Source of the DNA: an uncultured Acidimicrobiia bacterium
GTDB lineage: Bacteria > Actinomycetota > Acidimicrobiia > Acidimicrobiales > AC-14
Assembly: GCA_963836205.1 (NCBI GenBank)
Contig: CAWIIV010000006.1
Coordinates: 384,001-448,000, forward strand
DNA: 64,000 bases
Direction of reading: 5' to 3'
The position numbers were made by a program, and so were the translations under genes. The notes beneath the pieces were generated by a model. That model searched no databases and was not told the DNA's origin. It saw only the letters and a program-made list of their open reading frames with translations. This document shows positions 41,442 to 50,983 of the stretch, in pieces. The number at the start of each line of letters is the position of its first letter. Position 1 is the first letter of the stretch.

Positions 41442-42145
41442 GTTTGGCTCGTGACAGCCGGCTGTGCTCGCCCTCGGACTCGAGTGAAGAAGTCGGCCAT
41501 GGCCTGGTGGGCCTCGGTGCCGCCGTCGAAGCCCCGCCACAGGCGGCGGAGGTACCCCACCAGCTCGTAGCAGGCGTCGATGGGCACGATGAAGGACTCG
41601 TCGGGCCCGGAGCGGTCGCCCACCCGCACCAGCAGGGCCTCGATGTCGGCCTGCATGGTGGTGAGCACGGGGTTGGACTCGGCCATCTCCGCCCAGGTGT
41701 CGACGGGCAGGAGGGACTCGGTGGCGCCGGCGGGGCTGGGGTAGAAGGCCACCAGCTGCTCGGCCTCGGAGTTGAAGAAGAAGAACGCGGTGCTGACCGG
41801 GATCTGCAGGTTGTCCCACTGGTTGGGGGTCAGGGCCACCTTGTCCATCGACACGTAGCGGTCGGGGACGGCCTTGTAACGCCCGCCTCCCGCCCCACCG
41901 GAGGTGAAGAGCAGGTAGCACGGGCGGCAGGCGCAGAGCAGGCTGCGGCTCTCGATGTTGACGATGTGCGGGTGTTCGTCGGGGACGTCGACCGCGCACA
42001 TCTCGCACTTCTCACCGGGTCGGGGGCGAGGCTTCGGTTGCAGCAGCTTCTCGATGGCTGCGAACGGCCGGGCCTCTTCCTTCTCGCCCCCCTCGGGGTT
42101 GAGCGCCCGGAACGAGCCGAGCCGTAGAAAGTCAGGATTCGACAT
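41438..42145 (-). CDS. DUF5947-like hydrogenase-cluster protein
   Basis: CEMC..H.H..CACRPC, FYPSPAGATESLL, PIDACYELVG, WRGFDGG. Confidence 0.82.
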   Translation of the reverse strand: MSNPDFLRLGSFRALNPEGGEKEEARPFAAIEKLLQPKPRPRPGEKCEMCAVDVPDEHPHIVNIESRSLLCACRPCYLLFTSGGAGGGRYKAVPDRYVSMDKVALTPNQWDNLQIPVSTAFFFFNSEAEQLVAFYPSPAGATESLLPVDTWAEMAESNPVLTTMQADIEALLVRVGDRSGPDESFIVPIDACYELVGYLRRLWRGFDGGTEAHQAMADFFTRVRGRAQPAVTSQT

Positions 42146-42150
42146 GCGGG

Positions 42151-42720
42151 TTACCGGTTCGCAGCGACAGGTTTGACGCTGAGCTGGATCGGGGCCGAAG
42201 CGGGCAACGGCGCGGCCACAGGTGCGGTCGGGTCGACGTAGCCCTCCACCTGGATGTCGGTGATCTCGGGTGCAGCCTCGTGGATCGCCTGCTCGACGGA
42301 GAGCTTGAGGGTGACCGACGACGACGGACAGCCGTCGCAGCTCCCCAGGAGGCGAACTCGCACGATTCCCTCGTTGGCGAGTATGTCGAGCAACTCGACG
42401 TCGCCACCGTGGGACTCAAGGTAGGGCCGCACCGAGTCGAGGGCCTTCTCCACACGGGTGGGAAGGTCGTCGGGGTGCAGGCCGTGGAGGACGAGCAGGC
42501 TGCTCACCAGCTCGTCATGGACGATTTCTGCGATGAGTGGAGTGGCCTCGGCGTCGACGAGGATCTCGAGGATCCGGTCGAGAGCACCGCCGTAGAGCTG
42601 TGCTACCAAGCCAAGTGCTTCCTCGGCCAGAGCCCAGGTCGCCGGCTGTGCCGACGACCTGAGCTCGCTGACCAAGTACTCAATGCGGTCACCGACCGCA
42701 CGAAGGTTCGTTGCGCTGAT
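42151..42720 (-). CDS. NifU/Nfu-like Fe-S protein; probable ATC start at 42720 (next conventional start TTG at 42675)
   Basis: LLVLHGLHP, VRPYLESHGGDVEL, GSCDGCPSS; frame open up to the hhyL stop with RBS GGGGAG. Confidence 0.88.
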   Translation of the reverse strand: MSATNLRAVGDRIEYLVSELRSSAQPATWALAEEALGLVAQLYGGALDRILEILVDAEATPLIAEIVHDELVSSLLVLHGLHPDDLPTRVEKALDSVRPYLESHGGDVELLDILANEGIVRVRLLGSCDGCPSSSVTLKLSVEQAIHEAAPEITDIQVEGYVDPTAPVAAPLPASAPIQLSVKPVAANR

Positions 42721-42723
42721 GAT

Positions 42724-44502
42724 TTACTCCCCGGTGTTGACCATGGTGGGCGAGTGCAGCTTCTTGACCATCTTGCCCTTGCCCAGGTACATGTGCACAC
42801 CACAGGGCAGGCAGGGGTCGAAGCTACGCACGGCACGCATGATGTCGATGCCCTTGAAGTTCTCACGGCTGTTCTCTTCGAAGATCGGCGTGTTCTGCAC
42901 CGCGTCCTCGTAGGGGCCGGGAGTGCCGTAGATGTCACGCGGGTTGGCGTTCCACGGCGTCGGGGGGTACGGGTGGTAGTTGGCGATCTTGCCACCACGG
43001 ATGACCATGTGGTGGGAGAGAACGCCACGGACGGCCTCGGTGAAACCGCAACCGATCGCCTCGTCGGGGACCGTGAACGGCTCCCAGGTCTTGGTGTGGC
43101 CGGCGCGGACTTCCTCGAGAGCCTTCTCGACGAAGTACATGCCACAGCCAGCCGCGTAGGCCTGGAAGTAGGTGCGGGCCCGGTGACGCTCGATCGTGTT
43201 GGACCACTTCGGCACGTGCCACTCGAAGCTCGCCTCAGGCTTGAGGGCGGTCTTCGGGAGGTTGATGATGATGGAGTTGCCGGTTGCCTTGACCCAGCCG
43301 ATGTCGACCAGACCGGACAGCGCGATGGCCATCATCCGGGCGAAAGCACCACCACCGGTGTCGGTGGCGAGGTGGTCGCGTCCGTCGTACCAACGGGGAG
43401 CCATGACCCAGCTGTACTTGCCGTCGAAGTTGCGCTTCTGCGGCTGCGGGATCGTGTGCTGGTTCCACGGGTGGTTGCGGTCAACCGCGTTGCCCAGGGG
43501 GTCACGGTCGACGAACATCTCCTGGCCTTCCCAGCTCTCGTAGTACGAGTGGCCGAGCAGGATGCGGAGACCGAGGTTGATGTCGACCAGGTCGTTCGTG
43601 ACCAGCTTGCCGTCGACGACGATACCGGGGGTGACGAACATCGCACGTCCCCACTCGGTCATGTCGCGGTAACGGAAGTTGCACACGTTCGGGTCCTGGA
43701 AGGCGCCCCAGCAGATGGTGAGGATACGGCGCTGGCCGTTGGCCTCGTAGCCGGGCATGGCCTCGTACACGAAGTCGAAGAGGTCGTCGTGGATCGGGAC
43801 GATCTTCTTCATGAACTCGCAGTAGCGCATCAGGCGCGCCATGTAGTCCGTGATGAGCTGGATGGAAGCCGTGGTGCCCATACCACCCGGGTACAGGGTG
43901 GACGGGTGCACGTGGCGACCCTCCATGAGGCAGAACATCTCACGCGTGTAGCGGCTGACCTGCAGCGCCTCACGGTAGAGGTCACCCGAGAACGGGTTGA
44001 GGGACCGCATGATGTCACCGATGGTGGCGTAGCCATGCTCGGCGGCACCGGGGGCCTCGGTGTCGTTCGCGAGGTCCAGGACGCCGGGGTTGGTCTCCGC
44101 GAACATCTTCTCGCAGAAGTCAACGCCGACCAGGTTCTCCTGGAAGATGTTGTGGTCGAACATGTACTCGGCTGCCTCGCCGAGGTTCAGGATCCACTCA
44201 CCCAGGTGCGGGGGCTGCACGTCGTACGCCATCTGCTGGCAGTAGCACGAGCACACGCAGTGGTTGTCACCACAGATACCGCAGATGCGGCTGGTGATGA
44301 AGTGGGCGTCCCGGGGGTCCTTGCCCTTCATGAAGATCGAGTAGCCACGGAAGATCGAGGAGGTGCTGTGACACTCGACGACCTTGCCCTGGGCGAAGTC
44401 GATCTTGGTGTAGATGCCCAGGGAGCCCACGATCCGGGTGACCGGGTCCCATGCCATCTCGACGAGGTCGCTGCCGCCTCGAGTCCTTGCCCTAGCTGCC
44501 AT
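42724..44502 (-). CDS. hhyL: Group 1h [NiFe]-hydrogenase large subunit
   Basis: WDPVTRIVGSLG, L1 TSRICGICGDNH, EAVRGVLSHH, L2 SFDPCLPCGVH plus cleavable tail. Confidence 0.96.
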   Translation of the reverse strand: MAARARTRGGSDLVEMAWDPVTRIVGSLGIYTKIDFAQGKVVECHSTSSIFRGYSIFMKGKDPRDAHFITSRICGICGDNHCVCSCYCQQMAYDVQPPHLGEWILNLGEAAEYMFDHNIFQENLVGVDFCEKMFAETNPGVLDLANDTEAPGAAEHGYATIGDIMRSLNPFSGDLYREALQVSRYTREMFCLMEGRHVHPSTLYPGGMGTTASIQLITDYMARLMRYCEFMKKIVPIHDDLFDFVYEAMPGYEANGQRRILTICWGAFQDPNVCNFRYRDMTEWGRAMFVTPGIVVDGKLVTNDLVDINLGLRILLGHSYYESWEGQEMFVDRDPLGNAVDRNHPWNQHTIPQPQKRNFDGKYSWVMAPRWYDGRDHLATDTGGGAFARMMAIALSGLVDIGWVKATGNSIIINLPKTALKPEASFEWHVPKWSNTIERHRARTYFQAYAAGCGMYFVEKALEEVRAGHTKTWEPFTVPDEAIGCGFTEAVRGVLSHHMVIRGGKIANYHPYPPTPWNANPRDIYGTPGPYEDAVQNTPIFEENSRENFKGIDIMRAVRSFDPCLPCGVHMYLGKGKMVKKLHSPTMVNTGE

Positions 44503-44553
44503 ATGTATGTCCTCTCTTAGGAGTCTGGTTGTCGTTCTTGACGAAGTTGCTGA

Positions 44554-45600
44554 CTAGCGCCAGGTGGGCGTGTAGCCGGTGAGGAGCTTGGTGCCCTTTG
44601 CACGCCACTTCGGCTCCTTGTCGACGGTCTTGCCGGTGACCTCGCGGAGGCCACGGATGACCGAGCCGTAGAGGCCGGAAGCCGCGGTGGAAACCTTGCC
44701 GCCCGGGGGCTCGTCCATGAAGGGCATGAACTTGTCGGGGAAGCCAGGCATGGTGCAGCCGATGCAGATACCACCGACGTTCGGGCAACCGCCCACACCG
44801 TTGGTCCAGCCACGCTTGGGGACGTTGCACTTGACGACGGGGCCCCAGCATCCGAGCTTCACGATGCACTTCGGGGAGCCGTACTCAGTGGCGAAGTCGC
44901 CCTGCTCGTAGTAGCCGGCCCGGTCACAGCCCTGGTGGACGGTGTTGCCGAACAGCCACGCGGGACGCAGCGCGTCGTCGAGCGGGATAAGCGGAGCCTG
45001 GCCAGTGGCCATGTAGAGCAGGTACAGGATCGTCTCGGACAGGTTGTCCGGGTGGATCGGGCAGCCGGGAACGTTGACGACCGGAAGACCGGCCTTCGAA
45101 CGCCAGCCCCAGCCGAGGTAGTCGGCGACGCCCATGGCGCCGGTGGGGTTACCCGACATGGCGTGCAGACCGCCGTAGGTGGCACACGTGCCGACGGCGA
45201 GAATGCCGGTGCACACGGGGGCCAGACGGTCGAGCCAGTCGCTCGTGGTCATGGGCTGGTCGGTGGCGGGGTTGTTGCCGAACCCGCACCAGTAGCCCTC
45301 GGACTTGATTGCCTCGTTCGGGATCGAACCCTCGACCACCAGCACGAAGGGCTCCAACTCGCCACGCTCGGCGCGGAAGAACCACTCCAGGAAGTCGTCA
45401 GCGCCACCGACCGGACCGCACTCGAAGTCGATCAACGGCCAGTGAACTGCGATCTTCGGAAGGCCGGGCAGTGCCTGGAGGGCGATCTCCTCGATGCTCG
45501 GCTGCGTTGCACTGGTGAGGGCTACGGAGTCTCCGTCGCAGCTAAGACCGGCCTGAATCCACAAGATGTGGATGACCGGCTCTGCGGATGCTGCTGCCAC
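44554..45600 (-). CDS. hhyS: Group 1h [NiFe]-hydrogenase small subunit
   Basis: GLSCDGDS (Asp-substituted proximal cluster), GTCATYGG, PGCP, HQGCDR, CIGCTMPGFPD; no Tat signal; GTG start after GAGGGG. Confidence 0.95.
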   Translation of the reverse strand: MAAASAEPVIHILWIQAGLSCDGDSVALTSATQPSIEEIALQALPGLPKIAVHWPLIDFECGPVGGADDFLEWFFRAERGELEPFVLVVEGSIPNEAIKSEGYWCGFGNNPATDQPMTTSDWLDRLAPVCTGILAVGTCATYGGLHAMSGNPTGAMGVADYLGWGWRSKAGLPVVNVPGCPIHPDNLSETILYLLYMATGQAPLIPLDDALRPAWLFGNTVHQGCDRAGYYEQGDFATEYGSPKCIVKLGCWGPVVKCNVPKRGWTNGVGGCPNVGGICIGCTMPGFPDKFMPFMDEPPGGKVSTAASGLYGSVIRGLREVTGKTVDKEPKWRAKGTKLLTGYTPTWR

Positions 45601-45860
45601 TATGTGTACCCCCTCTTTCGGGCGCGCGTGCGCCAACTGCCGCTGGGAACCCGCTGCGCTATCGCCAACAGCGTTCTGCCGGTCAGATCTACTCCCTCCG
45701 GCACGGGCTTGTAAATAGGTGTCTTCTGACCGCTACATGGAAGGGCACTAGGTGTTCCACGTCCCCTCCGGCGGGGCACCCTAGCAGAATGTCCCGGAGC
45801 GGGCCGGGGCGGCCACGGACCGGGTTCGGGCCTGTTGCTGGTGTTACTCTTGTTGCCATT

Positions 45861-48372
45861 GTGGCGACCACGACGCCGCGCCCGAAGGCTGCGACGGGCA
45901 AGCCCTCCTCCAAAGTTTCCACCAGAAAATCTCCGTCCGGTGGTGGTTCGCGGCGGGCGGGCGAGCCTTCCAATCGTCCCGCGCCCGGTTCGGCGACCCG
46001 TCGACCGTCCGGCTCGCCGCCGCCGAAGTCGTCCTCGGGGGCCAGAAAGAAGGGCACCGCCGCCGCCCGCGGCACCGGTCCCGTCCTCGGCGGCCACGGT
46101 CCCGACCTCGCCGGCGTCACCCTGGTCACCGGCGGGCTGGTCTGTGGACTGGCTGTGTACGGCGGGCTGGCCGGACCCGCCGGGCGGGCCCTCGCCGACG
46201 GGGCCGGCTCCGCCTTCGGGCTGGGCCGCTTCGGCCTCCCGGTGGCCCTCGTCGCCGCCGGCGGGCTGATCCTGTGGCGGCGGGCGGGCAAGGAGTACGG
46301 GCGGCTGGCCGCGGGGCTCGGACTGATGACGGTGGCCGCCTGCGGGCTGCTCCACGTGTGGACCGGCGGCCCCGGCTTCGGTGCACCGGCGGCGGAGCTC
46401 CGCGACGCCGGCGGCGCGGTGGGGCTGGCCGTGGGCGAGTCGCTGCGGTCGGTGCTGGCCGGGTGGGGCGCGGCGACGGTGCTGCTCGCCGCCTTCGCCA
46501 TCGGCGGGCTGGTGGTCGGTCGCACCACGGTCCGGGCCGCCAGCCGCCACGCGGTGAACCTGGCCCGGGCCGGTCGCCGGGGCGCGACCCGCGCCGGGCG
46601 CTCCCTCTCCACCCTCGCCCCCGCCGACCGCTCGCTCGACGAGCGACGGACGACCTCGACGGGCACGACGACGACCGGCGCCGTCCGGCCGGGCCCCGGG
46701 TGTCGTCGCCGCCGGCCACGGTGCCGACGTTGGTCGTGCCGCCCCTTCCCGACGCCGTGCCGCTCCCGTCCCCGAGGCGGCCGTCGAGCCGGAGCCGCAG
46801 CCGCCGATGGCCACGCCGCCGACCGGGTCGGAGCGGCCGGGGAAGGCGGGCGGGCCCACCGAGCAGCTCGAGATCGACCTCGGCCCGGCGGCGGAGCGCA
46901 GCCCGTGGAAGCTCCCGCCACTGTCGCTGCTCAAGCTGGGCAAGGCCCAGGAGGTCGACCGGCGCCTGGTCGAAGCCGAGGGCCGCACGCTCGAAGCCGC
47001 CCTCGCTGCCCACGGGGTGGAGACCTCGCTCGTCGGCATGACCGTCGGGCCCACCGTCACCCGCTACGAGCTCGCCCTCGGTGCGGGGGTGAAGGTGGCC
47101 CGGGTCACCAACCTCCACAAGGACATCGCCTACGCCATGGCGTCGGCCGACGTCCGCATCCTCGCCCCCATCCCCGGCCGCTCTGCCATCGGCGTCGAGG
47201 TGCCCAACAAGGCCCGCCAGCTCGTCCTCCTGGGCGACATCCTCACGTCGCCCGAGGCGGCCAAGGCCTCCCACCCCCTCGAAGTCGCCCTCGGCCGCGA
47301 CATCGCCGGGCGGCCGGTATTGGCCAACCTGGCCGAGATGCCCCACGTGTTGATCGCGGGAGCCACCGGTGCGGGCAAGTCGTCGTGCATCAACTCGCTC
47401 ATCACGTCGATCCTGGCCCGGTCCACCCCCGACCAGGTGCGGATGATCCTCATCGACCCCAAGCGGGTCGAGCTGGGCCAGTACAACGGCCTCCCCCACC
47501 TGCTCACCCAGGTCGTGGTCAACCCCAAGAAGGCGGCCAACGCCCTGGCCTGGGCGGTGCACGAGATGGAGCGCCGCTACGACCTGCTGGCCGAGGTGGG
47601 CGTGCGCGACGTCACCGGCTACAACGCGGCCTACGACCGGGGCGACCTCAAGCCGAATCCTCATGAGACTGGCCCCGGCAGCGAGGTCACCTACCCCCGG
47701 CTTCCGTTCATCGTGGTGGTGGTCGACGAGCTGAACGACCTCATGATGGTGGCCGCCCGCGACGTGGAGGAGTCGATCTGCCGCATCGCCCAGATGGCCC
47801 GGGCCGTCGGCATCCACCTGGTGATCGCCACCCAACGGCCGTCGGTCGACGTGATCACGGGCGTGATCAAGGCCAACATCCCGTCCCGTCTGGCGTTCGC
47901 GGTGTCGTCGCTGGCCGACAGCCGGGTCATCCTCGACCAGCCGGGGGCGGAGCGGCTCATCGGCCAGGGCGACATGCTGCTGGCCATCGCCTCGTCCAAC
48001 GTCCCTCGGCGGGTGCAGGGGGCGTGGGTGGGCGAGGACGAGGTGCGCAAGCTGGTGGCCCACTGGCGGCGGCAGGCGACGCCCCAGTACGTCGACGGGG
48101 TGGAGGGCGAGGAGGGCGCCGCCGGCGGTGGCGCGGCGGGCGTCGAGGACGACGACGAGGAGCACCTCGACGCGGCCATGGAGCTGGTGGTGCGCTCGCA
48201 GCTGGGGTCGACCTCGATGCTCCAGCGCAAGCTCCGGGTCGGGTTCGCCCGGGCCGGGCGGCTCATGGACCTGCTCGAACGCCGGGGCGTGGTCGGCCCG
48301 TCGGAGGGGTCGAAGGCCAGGGCCGTCCTCATGACGCCCGAGGAGCTCGACGCCCTCCGGGCCCGCCAGTAG
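45861..48372 (+). CDS. ftsK: DNA translocase FtsK, frameshift(s) in the linker at about 46620-46790
   Basis: 4TM N-terminus in one frame; [30 protein letters not shown] and gamma domain [13 protein letters not shown] in another. Confidence 0.93.
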
Positions 48373-48393
48373 CTCTCTGGGGCTGACACGCGC

Positions 48394-48423
48394 CGAGGGC
48401 GCCTCGTCGTTGAGGCGCCCTCG
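48394..48423. terminator. Stem-loop between convergent genes
   Basis: cgagggcgcctc-gtcgtt-gaggcgccctcg. Confidence 0.65.
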
Positions 48424-48445
48424 TGCGGTTGATGGGATGGGTTGG

Positions 48446-48769
48446 TCAGGCGGCGATGCGGCGGGCACCCCCGGAGCGGCGCTCGGTGGCGTCGGTGCGG
48501 CCGGATCCGAGCCAGCCGAGGACCGTCGAACAGACCCCGGCCAGCCCGCCGACGATGGCGCCGGTGGCCACCGTGCCCATCCATGACTCCCGCAGCTGGA
48601 CGCCGAAGCCGACGAAGACCGAGTAGTCGACGGCGACCATGGCCGCGACGGCAAGGGCGAACGTGAGTATCGTTCGTGTTTTGCCGATCGACGGCACCAG
48701 CTCCACCAGCAGGTCGGCGAGCTTCAAGGTCGCCAGACCGAACAGTGCGACAACGGCGAAGTGGTACAT
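48446..48769 (-). CDS. Small membrane protein (3 TM)
   Basis: AGGAGG RBS, hydrophobic segments. Confidence 0.75.
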   Translation of the reverse strand: MYHFAVVALFGLATLKLADLLVELVPSIGKTRTILTFALAVAAMVAVDYSVFVGFGVQLRESWMGTVATGAIVGGLAGVCSTVLGWLGSGRTDATERRSGGARRIAA

Positions 48770-48891
48770 GTTGCGTTCCTCCTAGCGAAGCGCTCGTGTG
48801 CGCTCTTGCACCAAGTTCGACCGCTGGCGACTCGGCGGGGTAACACGTCGTCGGACCAACAAAGGGTCGACCCACGAAAGAGAGAGTGAGC

Positions 48892-49050
48892 ATGGCCACC
48901 TACGAGGCGTACTGCGTGAAATGCCGCGAGAAGCGGGAGTTCGAGGGCGAAGAGGTCGAGCTCAAGAACGGCCGCCGGGCCGCCCAGGGCCTGTGCCCGA
49001 CGTGCGGCACCAAGATGAACCGCATGCTGGGGAAGAAGGCGGAGGCGTAG
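48892..49050 (+). CDS. DUF5679-like small zinc-ribbon protein
   Basis: MATYEAYCVKCREK..KNGR.A..GLCPTCGTKM. Confidence 0.88.
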   Translation: MATYEAYCVKCREKREFEGEEVELKNGRRAAQGLCPTCGTKMNRMLGKKAEA

Positions 49051-49129
49051 GCGCCCGCCACCGCCACCGCCTCCGCCCGCCCCGGCACCCGGGGCCGCCA
49101 TCCGGGGGACCACGGGTACGCTGGACTTC

Positions 49130-50410
49130 GTGACCGCGCCGGCTAGCACGACCGGCCCGGCCGTCCCCGCCCAACGCTTCTGGCTGGAGACCCTCGGCTG
49201 CCCCAAGAACCAGGTCGACTCCGACAAGCTGGTCGGCACGCTGATCGCGGACGGGATGGTGGCGGCCGACCGGCCCGAGAACGCCGACCTGGTGGTGGTC
49301 AACACCTGCGCCTTCATCGAGCCGGCCCGCAAGGAGTCGGTCGACACCATCCTCGCCCTCGACGACGTCCGCCGGGCCGGCTCCCGCCTGGTCGTCACCG
49401 GCTGCATGGCCGAGCGCTACGGCGACGAGCTGGCCGCCGCCCTCCCCGAGGTCGACACCGTCGCCGGCTTCGGGGTTCCGGTGACGCTCGGCCGGGGGCC
49501 GGCGCCGACCGCGGTCGACCTGGCCCGGCTCGACCTGCTGAACCTGCCCCGGCCCAAGTCGGCCGCGCCGTGGGCCTACGTGAAGGTGGCCGAGGGCTGC
49601 GACCGCACGTGCGGCTTCTGTGCCATCCCCTCGTTCCGGGGCAAGCAGCGGTCGCGGTCGGAGGAGTCGATCCTCGACGAGGTCGACCGCCTGGAAGTCG
49701 CCGAGATCGTGCTGGTGGCCCAGGACCTGGCGTCGTACGGCCGCGACGTGGGGCGCAAGGGGGCGATCGTCCCCCTGGTGGAGGCGGTGGCCCGTCGGGT
49801 GCCCCGGGTGCGCCTTCTGTACCTGTACCCGTCCGAGCTCGACGACCGCCTGGTCGACACCATCTGTGCCACCGGCGTCCCCTACTTCGACCTGTCCCTC
49901 CAGCACGTGTCGAAGCCGCTGCTGCGGCGGATGCGGCGCTGGGGCGACGGCGATCGCTTCCTCCGGCGGATCTCGTCCATCCGCGACCGGGAGCCGGAGG
50001 CCGCCTTCCGGTCGTCGTTCATCGTCGGCTACCCGGGCGAGACGGAGGACGACCACGACCTCCTCCTCCGGTTCCTCGACGACGCCCAGCTCGACTGGGC
50101 CGGCTTCTTCGCCTACTCGGCGGAGGACGGCACCTACGCCGCCGGCCTCGACGGGGCGGTCGGCGACGGCGTCGTGGCCGAGCGCATGCGGGAGCTGTCG
50201 GAACTGCAGGACGACATCACCCTTGCCCGCCGCGACGCCCTGGTGGGCTCGAAGATCGAGGTCCTGGTCGACGAGCCCGGTGTCGGCCGCAGCCACCGGG
50301 AGGCGCCCGAGATCGACGGTGTCGTCAACCTGACGGCCGGCCCCGCGCCCGGTACGTTCGTGACCGTGACGGTCACCGGCGCCGCTGGCGTCGACCTCGA
50401 AGCCTTCTAG
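49130..50410 (+). CDS. rimO: Ribosomal protein S12 methylthiotransferase
   Basis: LGCPKNQVDS, VNTCAFI, EGCDRTCGFCAIP, APEIDG. Confidence 0.95.
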   Translation: MTAPASTTGPAVPAQRFWLETLGCPKNQVDSDKLVGTLIADGMVAADRPENADLVVVNTCAFIEPARKESVDTILALDDVRRAGSRLVVTGCMAERYGDELAAALPEVDTVAGFGVPVTLGRGPAPTAVDLARLDLLNLPRPKSAAPWAYVKVAEGCDRTCGFCAIPSFRGKQRSRSEESILDEVDRLEVAEIVLVAQDLASYGRDVGRKGAIVPLVEAVARRVPRVRLLYLYPSELDDRLVDTICATGVPYFDLSLQHVSKPLLRRMRRWGDGDRFLRRISSIRDREPEAAFRSSFIVGYPGETEDDHDLLLRFLDDAQLDWAGFFAYSAEDGTYAAGLDGAVGDGVVAERMRELSELQDDITLARRDALVGSKIEVLVDEPGVGRSHREAPEIDGVVNLTAGPAPGTFVTVTVTGAAGVDLEAF

Positions 50411-50425
50411 GGCGGGGTCGGACCC

Positions 50426-50983
50426 TTGTCCACCTCCTCCTTCGGGCCGTCCGCGCTGGCCACGCCGGCCAACGCCATCACCATGGTGCGGGTCCTGGCC
50501 CTGCCCGTGGTCGTCCTGCTGATCCTCGGCACCGACACCCAGTGGCAGGCGCTGGCGGTGTGGTTCGTGCTGGCGGTGAGCGATCTTGCCGACGGCTGGC
50601 TGGCCCGCCGCCAGGGGGCCACCCGCTCGGGCGCCTTCCTCGACCCCCTGGCCGACAAGGTCCTGGTGTTGGGGGCGATGACCGCGCTGGTGGCCACGGG
50701 CGCCATGTGGTGGGTGCCGGTGACGTTGATCGCCACCCGCGAGGTGGGGGTGAGCGCCTACCGGTCCTATGTCGGGCGGCGGGGGATCTCGGTGCCGGCC
50801 CGGATGTCGGGGAAGGTCAAGACCTGGATGCAGGCCATCGCGGTGGGGCTTGCCATCGCGCCGGTGGAGTCGGACGCCTACCTGGCCTTCGTCGACTTCG
50901 CGGTGTGGCTGGCGGTGGGGATGACGGTGGTCACCGGGGTCCAGTACCTGCTCGAAGGGCGGCACGTCGTCCGTGCGCTCTGA
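50426..50983 (+). CDS. pgsA: CDP-alcohol phosphatidyltransferase
   Basis: DLADGWLARR..GAFLDPLADK. Confidence 0.92.
   Translation: MSTSSFGPSALATPANAITMVRVLALPVVVLLILGTDTQWQALAVWFVLAVSDLADGWLARRQGATRSGAFLDPLADKVLVLGAMTALVATGAMWWVPVTLIATREVGVSAYRSYVGRRGISVPARMSGKVKTWMQAIAVGLAIAPVESDAYLAFVDFAVWLAVGMTVVTGVQYLLEGRHVVRAL

Noticed and set aside
42724-44502. Classifying the enzyme as group 1l because of the five TM genes
   Set aside because: L1/L2 motifs (RICGICGDNH, FDPCLPCGVH), adjacent small and large subunits and the accessory genes match group 1h
45861-48372. ftsK as a true pseudogene or a conjugative/type VII ATPase
   Set aside because: Both halves are intact with a gamma domain in canonical synteny; the frameshift is most likely an assembly error
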